From: Candidatus Pelagibacteraceae bacterium
Lineage (GTDB): Bacteria; Pseudomonadota; Alphaproteobacteria; Pelagibacterales; Pelagibacteraceae
Length of the DNA: 64,000 nt
Direction of reading: 5' to 3'
NCBI GenBank assembly: GCA_965655895.1
Contig: CBFHID010000002.1
Span: forward strand, 6,339-70,338
Both the position numbers and the translations under genes were made by a program. The notes under the pieces are model-generated. The model was not told the DNA's origin, ran no database searches, and saw only the letters and a list, made by a program, of their open reading frames with translations. Below, in pieces: positions 16,755-25,205 of the stretch; position 1 is the stretch's first letter, and each line of letters opens with the position of its first letter.

Positions 16755-18083
16755 TTAGCTTTTAAAAAGCTGCTGCGGCAACCAAGTAGCAATCTCAGGA
16801 AAAATACAAAGGATGATTATTCCAAGAACCATACATAACATAAAAGGAAATGACCCCTTTAAAATTTGAGGTAGTGATATATCTGGAGATATCCCTTTTA
16901 TTACATACAAGTTAAGTCCGACAGGAGGTGTTATTAGTCCAATTTCCATATTGATTGTTAATATTACTGCAAACCACACCGGGTCAAAACCAGCTTGTTC
17001 AATTACTGGAAGTAAAATTGGAGCTGTCATTACTATAATTGCAACAGGAGGTAAGAAGAAACCAGCAATTAATAAGAAAATATTAATCATAAATAGCAAT
17101 ACCCACTTATTAACCTCCACGGAGGTCATGAGTTCAGCAACACTTTGTGTGATATAAAGATTTGAAAGTGTAAAACTAAATAAATATGATGCTGCTATGA
17201 TCATTAAAATCATAACACTTTCTTTCATTGACTCTGTAAGAATTCCCCAAATTCTTTTAGGATTATAAATTTTATAAATAACGGCTACTAAAATTATACA
17301 AAAGAATGCTCCAACTCCAGATGCTTCAGAAGGTGTAGCAATTCCTCCATACAAAACATATAAAACTCCAACAACAACGAGAAGAAAAGGTAAAATTCTA
17401 GGCATGACTTCAAATCTCTCTTTCCAAGAGAAGCTTCTTCCAAAAATTGCCGATCCTTCAATATTTTTATCATCTTTTGTAGAAATCCAAGTTTTAAATA
17501 TTGCCCATACCATGAATAAACCTGTGAGCATCAGACCAGGAAATATACCGGCCATAAATAACTGACCAATCGATGTTTCTGTAGAAATACCATATACAAT
17601 CATTGTAATGCTTGGAGGAATCAAAATCCCAAGCGTTCCGCCAGCAGCTATTGTTCCAGCAGAAATTTCTTTTGGGTAACCTCTTTCTCTCATTTCAGGA
17701 ATTCCCATTTTTCCAATCGCAGCACATGTTGCTGGAGATGAACCGCTTAATGCCGCAAATAAAGCGCAAGCTCCAAGATTGGATACTACTAGCCCACCTG
17801 GAACTCTATTTAACCATCTATCTAAAGCTGAATATAAGTCCTTTCCTGCGGGCGATGAGGCAACAGCGATACCCATCACAATAAACATGGGTATTGAAAC
17901 AATTGCAAACTCTTCTAGTCCAGAAAAAAAAGTTTCTGCAACAACTCTGGCCATTCCAAAACCTTCAAAAGTAAATAAAAACATTAGAGCGACAAAGCCC
18001 AGACCAAAAGCAACAGGTATACCAGTTGAAAAAACTAATAAAGTAATAACAACAACTAGTAATCCAATTTCTAATGGTGTCAT
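16755..18083 (-). CDS. dctM: TRAP transporter large permease (DctM family)
   Basis: 442 aa polytopic membrane protein. It overlaps the small subunit gene by 4 nt. Confidence 0.9.
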   Translation of the reverse strand: MTPLEIGLLVVVITLLVFSTGIPVAFGLGFVALMFLFTFEGFGMARVVAETFFSGLEEFAIVSIPMFIVMGIAVASSPAGKDLYSALDRWLNRVPGGLVVSNLGACALFAALSGSSPATCAAIGKMGIPEMRERGYPKEISAGTIAAGGTLGILIPPSITMIVYGISTETSIGQLFMAGIFPGLMLTGLFMVWAIFKTWISTKDDKNIEGSAIFGRSFSWKERFEVMPRILPFLLVVVGVLYVLYGGIATPSEASGVGAFFCIILVAVIYKIYNPKRIWGILTESMKESVMILMIIAASYLFSFTLSNLYITQSVAELMTSVEVNKWVLLFMINIFLLIAGFFLPPVAIIVMTAPILLPVIEQAGFDPVWFAVILTINMEIGLITPPVGLNLYVIKGISPDISLPQILKGSFPFMLCMVLGIIILCIFPEIATWLPQQLFKS

Positions 18084-18607
18084 GAATTAACTTCTTCTGT
18101 AACTTCAAGTCCTGGAAACGGCATTTCTCTTTTAGTTATCAAAGATATAATATCTGTGATGTATTGAAGTATGGTGATGAACATTCCAATTGGAAAAGAT
18201 AAATATAATTTCCACATCTTTGCATTCCAAATCGTTCCTGTTGTCCAATTTTCTGTATAAGATTTCCACCACATTTCCGCACCAAGAACAAATAAAACAA
18301 TAAAAAATAATAATGACATAAAAGAAGCTAATAATGCTAAGAATAACTTTCCTTTATAATCAAAATAATGAGGTAAAAGCTCAACATTGACATGCCCCTT
18401 AACTAATAAGACATAGGGACATCCAATAAAAGTTGCTGCTGCGAGCGAGTATATTACAAATTCAGTTTGCCAAGATGTTGAAAGATTAAAGACATACCTT
18501 TCTACAACCATATCAATTATAACCAAGATAGCGCTAGCAATAAGCGTAGTGGCGATAACGCCACAAAATTTCGAAATAAATTTTACAAAATTTATATATT
18601 TATCCAT
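18080..18607 (-). CDS. dctQ: TRAP transporter small permease (DctQ family)
   Basis: 175 aa with 4 TM helices, located between dctP and dctM. Confidence 0.8.
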   Translation of the reverse strand: MDKYINFVKFISKFCGVIATTLIASAILVIIDMVVERYVFNLSTSWQTEFVIYSLAAATFIGCPYVLLVKGHVNVELLPHYFDYKGKLFLALLASFMSLLFFIVLFVLGAEMWWKSYTENWTTGTIWNAKMWKLYLSFPIGMFITILQYITDIISLITKREMPFPGLEVTEEVNS

Positions 18608-18615
18608 AAATAAAA

Positions 18616-18641
18616 AACCCTAGGCAATTAAGCCTAGGGTT
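18616..18641 (-). terminator. GC-rich intercistronic hairpin (AACCCTAGGC-N6-GCCTAGGGTT) followed by a T-run, between dctP and dctQ
   Basis: A perfect 10-bp stem. On the minus strand it is followed by TTTTTTATTT and then the dctQ ATG. It looks like a partial terminator or mRNA-stabilising element that would raise the ratio of binding protein to permease. Confidence 0.5.
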
Positions 18642-18655
18642 AATTTGTATTATTT

Positions 18656-19669
18656 TTATTTTACTGACAAAGCTTGGTCTAATAATTTTTGACCACCCGG
18701 AACCTTTGTTGCAAAATCTTTGAATGATGTTTTCTTAGCTATTTCTAACCAAGCTTTATAATCACTCTCATTCATATAAGCTAATTTAACACCAGCTTTT
18801 TTGAACGTGTTTTCCATTTTTGAGTCTAGTCCAGCAACTTGCTCTAACATCCAATCTTCAGCTTTTTTTCCTGCTGCTTTCAAAGCTGCTTTTTGTTTAT
18901 CACTTAGCTTGTTGTAAGATTTTTTGGACATTAGGATTGGCTCATACATAAACCATAAGCCATATTTTCCTGGAGGAGTTAAACACTTCACTTGTTCATA
19001 GATTTTGTAAGAAACAAAACTACCTGAACTAGTATTCGCACCAGTTAAAACACCTGTTTGAAGCGCAGAATATATTTCTGAACTTGGCATAGATGCAATA
19101 GACGACCCAGCTCCTTCTAACATTTTGTTAAACATCGGACCCGCAGCTCTCATTGCTTGGCCTTTTGCTGATGCAGGACTTGTAATACATTGAGTTTTTG
19201 AAGCAAAAGCTCCACCTAACCATGCGTCAGCCACAACCATAACACCTGCATCATCCATAATTTTTCTGATAGAGTCCATGAATGCAGATTTATTAATTCT
19301 TTTTGAATGATCATGGTTTTTAACGATTCCTGGCATCAAAGTAATGCTGAATTCTGGATGGAATTTATTTGCATAATCCAAAGGAAATGCAGTCATATCC
19401 AAATCACCAGTTGTTAAAGGCTGCCACTGCTCTTTTGGCTTATATAGAGACTTACCAGGATAGATTTGAATTTTAAAACCTACATTAGCTTTCTCTACTT
19501 CTCTTTTAATTATCTGAACCATTTCATCTCTAGGATCACCTTTTCCGCCCGGCCATTGATGAGATGCTTTCCACGTAACTTGTTTTTCAGGTTTATCACA
19601 TTGAGTAATAAACAAAAAAGAAGTCAGTAAAAAAACACCAGATAAAAAATAAGTTGAAATTTTTTTCAT
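18656..19669 (-). CDS. dctP: TRAP periplasmic substrate-binding protein (DctP family), lipoprotein-type signal
   Basis: 337 aa. Signal/lipobox LFITQC and a DctP-type carboxylate-binding Arg context (GQAMRAAG). A strong SD (GGGGG) precedes the ATG. Confidence 0.9.
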   Translation of the reverse strand: MKKISTYFLSGVFLLTSFLFITQCDKPEKQVTWKASHQWPGGKGDPRDEMVQIIKREVEKANVGFKIQIYPGKSLYKPKEQWQPLTTGDLDMTAFPLDYANKFHPEFSITLMPGIVKNHDHSKRINKSAFMDSIRKIMDDAGVMVVADAWLGGAFASKTQCITSPASAKGQAMRAAGPMFNKMLEGAGSSIASMPSSEIYSALQTGVLTGANTSSGSFVSYKIYEQVKCLTPPGKYGLWFMYEPILMSKKSYNKLSDKQKAALKAAGKKAEDWMLEQVAGLDSKMENTFKKAGVKLAYMNESDYKAWLEIAKKTSFKDFATKVPGGQKLLDQALSVK

Positions 19670-19732
19670 TAGTTTTCCCCCTGTTAGTTAAATTATTGGC
19701 TATTAGACTATATTTTGATATCAAGATCAACA

Positions 19733-20878
19733 ATGAATAAAGGGCCATTATCAGGATTATTAGTATTAGATCTTACTAGAGTTTTAGTGGGACCATACTG
19801 CACTATGATTTTATCAGATTTAGGTGCAAGAATTATTAAAGTGGAGGCTCCAGAAATAGGTGATGACTCGAGAGGATTTGGTCCATTTATTCAAGATCAA
19901 TCTGCGTACTTCATGTCTTTGAATAGAAATAAAGAAAGTATTGCGCTAAATCTAAAGATTGATGAAGATAAAAAAATTTTCGAAAAAATTTTAGCTAAGG
20001 CAGATATTTTGGTTGAAAACTTTAAACCTGGCACTCTAACCAAGTGGGGTTACGGATGGGATAATCTAAAAGATAAATATCCAAAATTAATTTATGCGTC
20101 TGCATCAGGATTTGGACAAACTGGTCCATTAAAAGAATTGCCAGCATATGATATGGTTGTTCAAGGTATGGGTGGTTTAATGAGTGTAACAGGTCAGCCT
20201 GATAGCGAACCAACAAGAGTTGGAACTTCAATTGGAGATATTACTGCAGGATTATTTACTGCGATTGGAATTAATGCTGCATTATATGATAGACAAAAAA
20301 CAGGTAAAGGCATGTACATTGATGTTGCTATGCTAGATTGTCAAATTGCAATTTTAGAAAATGCAATTGCAAGATATTTGTCTAAAGGCGAAATTCCAAA
20401 ACCAATGGGATCAAGGCATCCATCTATTTCACCATTCGAAGCTTTTAAAACGAAAGATAGTTACATAATAATCGCAGCCGGAAATGACAAATTATTTGAA
20501 GGAATGTGCGGAGTGTTTGATTTGGATTTATATAATGATGAGAAATTTAACACAAATGCTAGTAGAAATAAAAATATTGAAGAGTTGAAGAAAATTTTAG
20601 AGAACAAACTCAAAGATAAAACAACTGAGGAATGGTGTAGGGTTTTAGAAGAAAAAAGAATTCCTTGTGGTCCAATAAATAATATTAAAGAAGCAGTGGA
20701 AAGTCCTCAAACTAAAGCTCGCAATATGATTGTCAGTGCTATGCATAATAAAATTGGAGAATTTAAAATGGCAGGAAACCCTATAAAAATGTCTTCATAT
20801 GAAGATCGGATCACCCGAGGTGAAATACCCGACCTTGATCAACATAGAAATAAAATTTTAAAAGAATTTGATATTTAA
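19733..20878 (+). CDS. Family III (CaiB/BaiF/Frc-type) CoA-transferase
   Basis: The track ORF opens with TTG at 19715. The first ATG at 19733 gives the canonical N-terminus MNKGPLSGLLVLDLTRVLVGPYCT. The conserved block VGTSIGDITAG is present. Divergent from dctP. Confidence 0.9.
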   Translation: MNKGPLSGLLVLDLTRVLVGPYCTMILSDLGARIIKVEAPEIGDDSRGFGPFIQDQSAYFMSLNRNKESIALNLKIDEDKKIFEKILAKADILVENFKPGTLTKWGYGWDNLKDKYPKLIYASASGFGQTGPLKELPAYDMVVQGMGGLMSVTGQPDSEPTRVGTSIGDITAGLFTAIGINAALYDRQKTGKGMYIDVAMLDCQIAILENAIARYLSKGEIPKPMGSRHPSISPFEAFKTKDSYIIIAAGNDKLFEGMCGVFDLDLYNDEKFNTNASRNKNIEELKKILENKLKDKTTEEWCRVLEEKRIPCGPINNIKEAVESPQTKARNMIVSAMHNKIGEFKMAGNPIKMSSYEDRITRGEIPDLDQHRNKILKEFDI

Positions 20879-21342
20879 GAACTTTGTTCTTCAGATGTTG
20901 TCTCGTTAACTTCTGTTTCCACTATTTCAGAACTTTCTTCAGAAAAATCATCATCGTCTTCGCTGTCCTCGCTCACCTTCATGTTTGGTGTAGGAACTTT
21001 TCTCGATCTTTTTGACGGTAAAATTGCTTGTCCAGATTTTGAAACTTCACCTTTGTAAATTTCTTCAAAAGCATCACCTTCTGATGAGTCAAAATCTTCT
21101 TGCTCCATCGCATCTTCAGGATGCTCTCTGGCTCTGTCAATAGTTTGATTTTCTAAAGTCTTTTGATCTAAAAATTTATCGCCAATTTCCCTTAAGGATA
21201 AAACTGTTTTTTTATCATTATCTTCTGGAACCATCGGCTTATCTCCAGCAGCAATCTGTAATGTTCTTTCTTTTGCCAGAATAACCAAATCGTATTGATT
21301 ATCTACAACTTCTAAACAGTCTTCAACAGTAACTCTTGCCAT
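20875..21342 (-). CDS. rpoZ: DNA-directed RNA polymerase subunit omega with a long acidic C-terminal tail
   Basis: 155 aa. MARVTVEDCLEVVDNQYDLVILAKERTLQI is a typical RpoZ core. The C-terminal ~60 aa are rich in Asp, Glu and Ser. Confidence 0.85.
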   Translation of the reverse strand: MARVTVEDCLEVVDNQYDLVILAKERTLQIAAGDKPMVPEDNDKKTVLSLREIGDKFLDQKTLENQTIDRAREHPEDAMEQEDFDSSEGDAFEEIYKGEVSKSGQAILPSKRSRKVPTPNMKVSEDSEDDDDFSEESSEIVETEVNETTSEEQSS

Positions 21343-21374
21343 GGTCGGGCTTATAATGATTTTAATTCAAGTTT

Positions 21375-22592
21375 TCAAGAGGTAATAATGGGTTTGTAAT
21401 TTTTAATTTTAATCAAAAGAAAAAAAATAGAAAATAGCCCGTAAACAAGCATTATACTTAGTATATCTTTTGACGATAGTCCTGAGTCAATTAAAAATCC
21501 AAATAAAATAGGCGACAAGGAGGTTGAAAAAACCATTAAAGAAACAGTGATAGATCTTATGGCACCAATATGCTTTGTTCCATATATTTCCGACCAAGTT
21601 GAGGTCATCAAAACGTTTGCGGTTCCGTTTGTGATAGCAATTAAGGAGAAGAATAATACTGGCGATAATGCAAATTTAAAAAGGATAGAAAAAATAAGAC
21701 CAATAATCATTGGAACTAAGTAGAACGGTAAAATTTTTATCGCACTAAATTTATCAATTAAATAACCAGAAACTTGTAACGATAAAACAGTAAAAATTGC
21801 ATATGCAGTAAAACTTGGTGCCAAATAACTTATACCCCAATTTATATTCTCAAATAAATAGATCTGATTAATAAAAATCCCTGTAATTAAAAAAGGCGGG
21901 CACAAAACTGCTGGTAATAAAAAATAAAATTTAATATCTCTTAAAACTTCACCCCTTGTCCAATTTTTAATATTATTACTTAAAATAAATTGACTTTTTT
22001 CAACTGAACTATCTTTAAAATCTTTTAATAAAATTAAAATTAAAGGCAGAATAATTAAAATTAAAAACCCTGTAATGAATAGCCATATATTTTTCCATAC
22101 TATGTAATTTAATAATAATATTACAAAACCTGGTAAAATACCCTCGCCTAAAGATAACCCTAGCCATGAAATACCAAGTGCTTTGCCTCTGTTTTTATTA
22201 AAAAATCTTGCCATAGCTGTACTTGAGGTATGGCTCATTAGTCCCTGACCAAATAACCTTAAAAAAAAAATTGCAATTAAAAGATGAATGAAACTAGACA
22301 TTTGGCTCATAAAAAGTGATGAACAAAATAATGCTAAACAAACAAATACTGCAAAATTCCTAAGCTTAAAATCATCAATCTTTTTTCCTATCCAAATAAT
22401 AGTGAAACTACTCACAAGTGTAGCGATTGAATAAATAGTTCCAAATTCTGAGTGGCTTAAATTCAAATCTTCCCTTATAAACGGATTGAAGATACCTAAA
22501 AAAAAAGTTTGTCCGAAGCTTGAACAAAAAGTCATTAGGAAACCAAAAAGTAGGTATTTAAAATTTGATTTTAAAAAATGAAAGTTAAACAT
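21375..22592 (-). CDS. MFS transporter
   Basis: 405 aa with about 12 TM helices and an MFS-type loop motif (GKKIDDFKLR) after TM2. Confidence 0.8.
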   Translation of the reverse strand: MFNFHFLKSNFKYLLFGFLMTFCSSFGQTFFLGIFNPFIREDLNLSHSEFGTIYSIATLVSSFTIIWIGKKIDDFKLRNFAVFVCLALFCSSLFMSQMSSFIHLLIAIFFLRLFGQGLMSHTSSTAMARFFNKNRGKALGISWLGLSLGEGILPGFVILLLNYIVWKNIWLFITGFLILIILPLILILLKDFKDSSVEKSQFILSNNIKNWTRGEVLRDIKFYFLLPAVLCPPFLITGIFINQIYLFENINWGISYLAPSFTAYAIFTVLSLQVSGYLIDKFSAIKILPFYLVPMIIGLIFSILFKFALSPVLFFSLIAITNGTANVLMTSTWSEIYGTKHIGAIRSITVSLMVFSTSLSPILFGFLIDSGLSSKDILSIMLVYGLFSIFFLLIKIKNYKPIITS

Positions 22593-22614
22593 AATTAAAA
22601 AAGGAGTTAATCAA

Positions 22615-23490
22615 ATGTCTCATAAAGTTGCTTTTATAGGTTTAGGTGTCATGGGATTTCCAATGGCAGGTTATATATCAAAAGCTGGTCATGATGTAAC
22701 AGTTTATAATCGTACATCTGCCAAAGCAAATAAATGGGTAGAGACCTATAAGGGTAAGGTCGCAAGTACACCGGCAGAAGCAGCAAAAGATGCTGACTTT
22801 ATTTTTACTTGTGTAGGAAATGATAATGACCTTAGAGAAGTAACTACTGGACAAAATGGTGCCTTTCAAAGTGTAAGAAAAGGTTCAGTATTTATTGACA
22901 ACACAACTGCCTCAGCAAAAGTTGCTCGAGAATTGTTTAATATTGCAACTGAAAAAGGTTTTGGTTTTCTTGATGCTCCAGTTTCAGGTGGTCAAGCTGG
23001 TGCAGAAAATGGTGCATTAACAGTTATGGTTGGTGGTGAACAAAGCGACTATGATAAGGCAGAAAATATAATCGACTGTTATAGTAAAAAAATTAAATTA
23101 TTAGGAAAATCAGGTAGTGGACAACTAGCAAAAATGGTTAATCAAATTTGCATAGCAGGTTTAGTGCAAGGGTTATCTGAAGGTTTAAGATTTGGACAGA
23201 ATGCAGGTCTAAATGTAGAAGACGTTGTCGAAGTTATCTCTAAAGGAGCCGCCCAATCGTGGCAAATGGAAAATAGATTTAAAACTATGCTAGATGACAA
23301 ATTTGATTATGGATTTGCAGTAGATTGGATGAGAAAAGATCTTGGTATTGCAATGGAAGAGGCAAAAATTAATGGTTCAAAACTGCCTATAACAGAGATC
23401 ATAGATGGTTATTATTCAAATGTTCAAAAAAATGGTGGAAATAGATTTGATACTTCTAGTTTAATAACCTTGTTACCTAAAAAAAATTAA
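22615..23490 (+). CDS. NAD(P)-dependent 3-hydroxyisobutyrate dehydrogenase family oxidoreductase (MmsB/GarR-like)
   Basis: 291 aa with the N-terminal Rossmann block VAFIGLGVMGFPMAG and a 6PGDH-like C-terminal domain. SD AAGGAG. Confidence 0.85.
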   Translation: MSHKVAFIGLGVMGFPMAGYISKAGHDVTVYNRTSAKANKWVETYKGKVASTPAEAAKDADFIFTCVGNDNDLREVTTGQNGAFQSVRKGSVFIDNTTASAKVARELFNIATEKGFGFLDAPVSGGQAGAENGALTVMVGGEQSDYDKAENIIDCYSKKIKLLGKSGSGQLAKMVNQICIAGLVQGLSEGLRFGQNAGLNVEDVVEVISKGAAQSWQMENRFKTMLDDKFDYGFAVDWMRKDLGIAMEEAKINGSKLPITEIIDGYYSNVQKNGGNRFDTSSLITLLPKKN

Positions 23491-24108
23491 GTGAACGAAA
23501 AAGTTCCAGAATATTATAATAATAAAGATTTAATTTTTGATGAGGTTTGGACACTATTAGCTCGTGGTGTTGTAGATAGATCTGAAGATTTTAGATTGCC
23601 AGTTGTTATTGTAAACAAAGATAATTTTTCTGATGGTAGAATTGTTGTTTTAAGAGGCGCTTTTAAAGAAAAAAATATTATTAGATTTCATACTGATTTA
23701 AGATCGTCAAAAATTGGTGCTTTAAAGAAAAATAATAATATCTACTTTCTTTTTTATAACAAAAAAAGAAAGATACAGTTAAGAATTAAAGCAAAAGCTA
23801 CAATTCATTATAATAACGATATTACAAAAGATGCTTGGAAAAAAACACAGGTTATTAGTAGAAAGTGCTATTTAGCCACTAACGCCCCTGGTTCTATTAG
23901 TAATGATCCGCACCCAGGTTATCCAAAAGAATTGGAGGGTAAAAATCCAAAAATAGAAGATACAGAAATTGGGTATGAAAATTTTTGTGTAGTTGAAAGT
24001 CAGGTGAGTGAAATGGAGTGGTTATATTTAGCTTCTCAAGGTCATCGCAGAGCAAGGATAACTATTGGTCATGATAGGGATGTAAAAACAGAATGGTTAA
24101 CGCCCTAA
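23491..24108 (+). CDS. Pyridoxamine 5'-phosphate oxidase-like FMN-binding protein
   Basis: 205 aa with a GTG start directly after the upstream stop. The pattern GRIVVLRG...IRFHTDLRSSK...IQLRIKAKA resembles the PNPOx split-barrel. Confidence 0.6.
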   Translation: MNEKVPEYYNNKDLIFDEVWTLLARGVVDRSEDFRLPVVIVNKDNFSDGRIVVLRGAFKEKNIIRFHTDLRSSKIGALKKNNNIYFLFYNKKRKIQLRIKAKATIHYNNDITKDAWKKTQVISRKCYLATNAPGSISNDPHPGYPKELEGKNPKIEDTEIGYENFCVVESQVSEMEWLYLASQGHRRARITIGHDRDVKTEWLTP

Positions 24109-24109
24109 T

Positions 24110-24622
24110 TTATTTATATCCTTTTTCGTAATTTTTCCAATTTGAAATATATCTTCTTGCATTTTCTTTGATAGCTTCAATCTCTTCATCGGTTACCTCT
24201 CTAATAACCTTACCAGGCGCGCCCATAACAAGCGATCTGTCTGGAATTTTTTTATTTTCTGTAATTAAAGAATTTGCTCCGATAATGCAATTCTTGCCCA
24301 CTACCGCATTATTTAAAACTACTGCACCAATTCCAATAAGGCTGTCATCTTTGATTGTGCAACCATGTAACATTACTAAATGACCAATCGTTACACCTGA
24401 ACCTACATTAACGCCGCATCCGTCATCAGTATGAATTACACTATTATCTTGAACATTAGATCCCTCGCCAATAGTAATATTTTCAATATCACCTCTGAGC
24501 ACAGCGCCAAACCAAATACTACACTCATTTTTTAAATGTATATCCCCTATTACTTTTGCGCTATCCGCAATCCAATTTTTACCCTCTCTTTTAACGCTTT
24601 TATCAGCAAGTTGATGAATCAT
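24110..24622 (-). CDS. Gamma-class carbonic anhydrase-like / hexapeptide-repeat (LbH) protein (YrdA/PaaY family)
   Basis: 170 aa with left-handed beta-helix hexapeptide repeats and the blocks SIWFGAVLRGD and HLVMLHGC. Confidence 0.85.
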   Translation of the reverse strand: MIHQLADKSVKREGKNWIADSAKVIGDIHLKNECSIWFGAVLRGDIENITIGEGSNVQDNSVIHTDDGCGVNVGSGVTIGHLVMLHGCTIKDDSLIGIGAVVLNNAVVGKNCIIGANSLITENKKIPDRSLVMGAPGKVIREVTDEEIEAIKENARRYISNWKNYEKGYK

Positions 24623-24652
24623 GATTAAGGTATATATATAATAATATTTAAT

Positions 24653-25204
24653 ATGGCACTCGAAAAAACACCAGTCTGTAACTTTGGGGAAAAAATTTAT
24701 GATTTTGATTTAAAGTCAGTGGATGAAAAAAATTATAAATTAAAAGATATTATAGGAGAAAATGGAACTTTAATTATGTTCATTTGTAATCACTGTCCCT
24801 ATGTGAAAGCAATAATAAAGGAACTCAGTTTTTCTGCCGATGAATTAAAGAAATACAAAATAGGCTCGGTAGCAATAATGTCTAATGATACGCTAAACTA
24901 TCCTGAGGATGGATTTGAAAAGATGAAGATTTTTGCAAAAGAAAATAATTTTCAATTCCCATATTTAATAGATGCTACACAAGAGGTTGCAAAAAAATTT
25001 GGGGCTGTATGCACTCCTGACTTTTTTGGATACAATTCAAATAATGAACTTCAATATCGAGGTAGATTAAGACCTATGAAAGATTTAGAGCCTGTATCGA
25101 ATGGTAAAAATGAATTACTGGAATCTATGATAAAAATATCAAAAACTGGAAAAGGTCCTAGTGAGCAATTTCCAAGTATGGGTTGTAATATTAAGTGGAA
25201 ATAA
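24653..25204 (+). CDS. Thioredoxin-fold thiol-disulfide oxidoreductase (AhpC/TSA-redoxin-like)
   Basis: 183 aa with a CxxC motif (CNHCPYV) in a redoxin context. Confidence 0.75.
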   Translation: MALEKTPVCNFGEKIYDFDLKSVDEKNYKLKDIIGENGTLIMFICNHCPYVKAIIKELSFSADELKKYKIGSVAIMSNDTLNYPEDGFEKMKIFAKENNFQFPYLIDATQEVAKKFGAVCTPDFFGYNSNNELQYRGRLRPMKDLEPVSNGKNELLESMIKISKTGKGPSEQFPSMGCNIKWK

Positions 25205-25205
25205 A

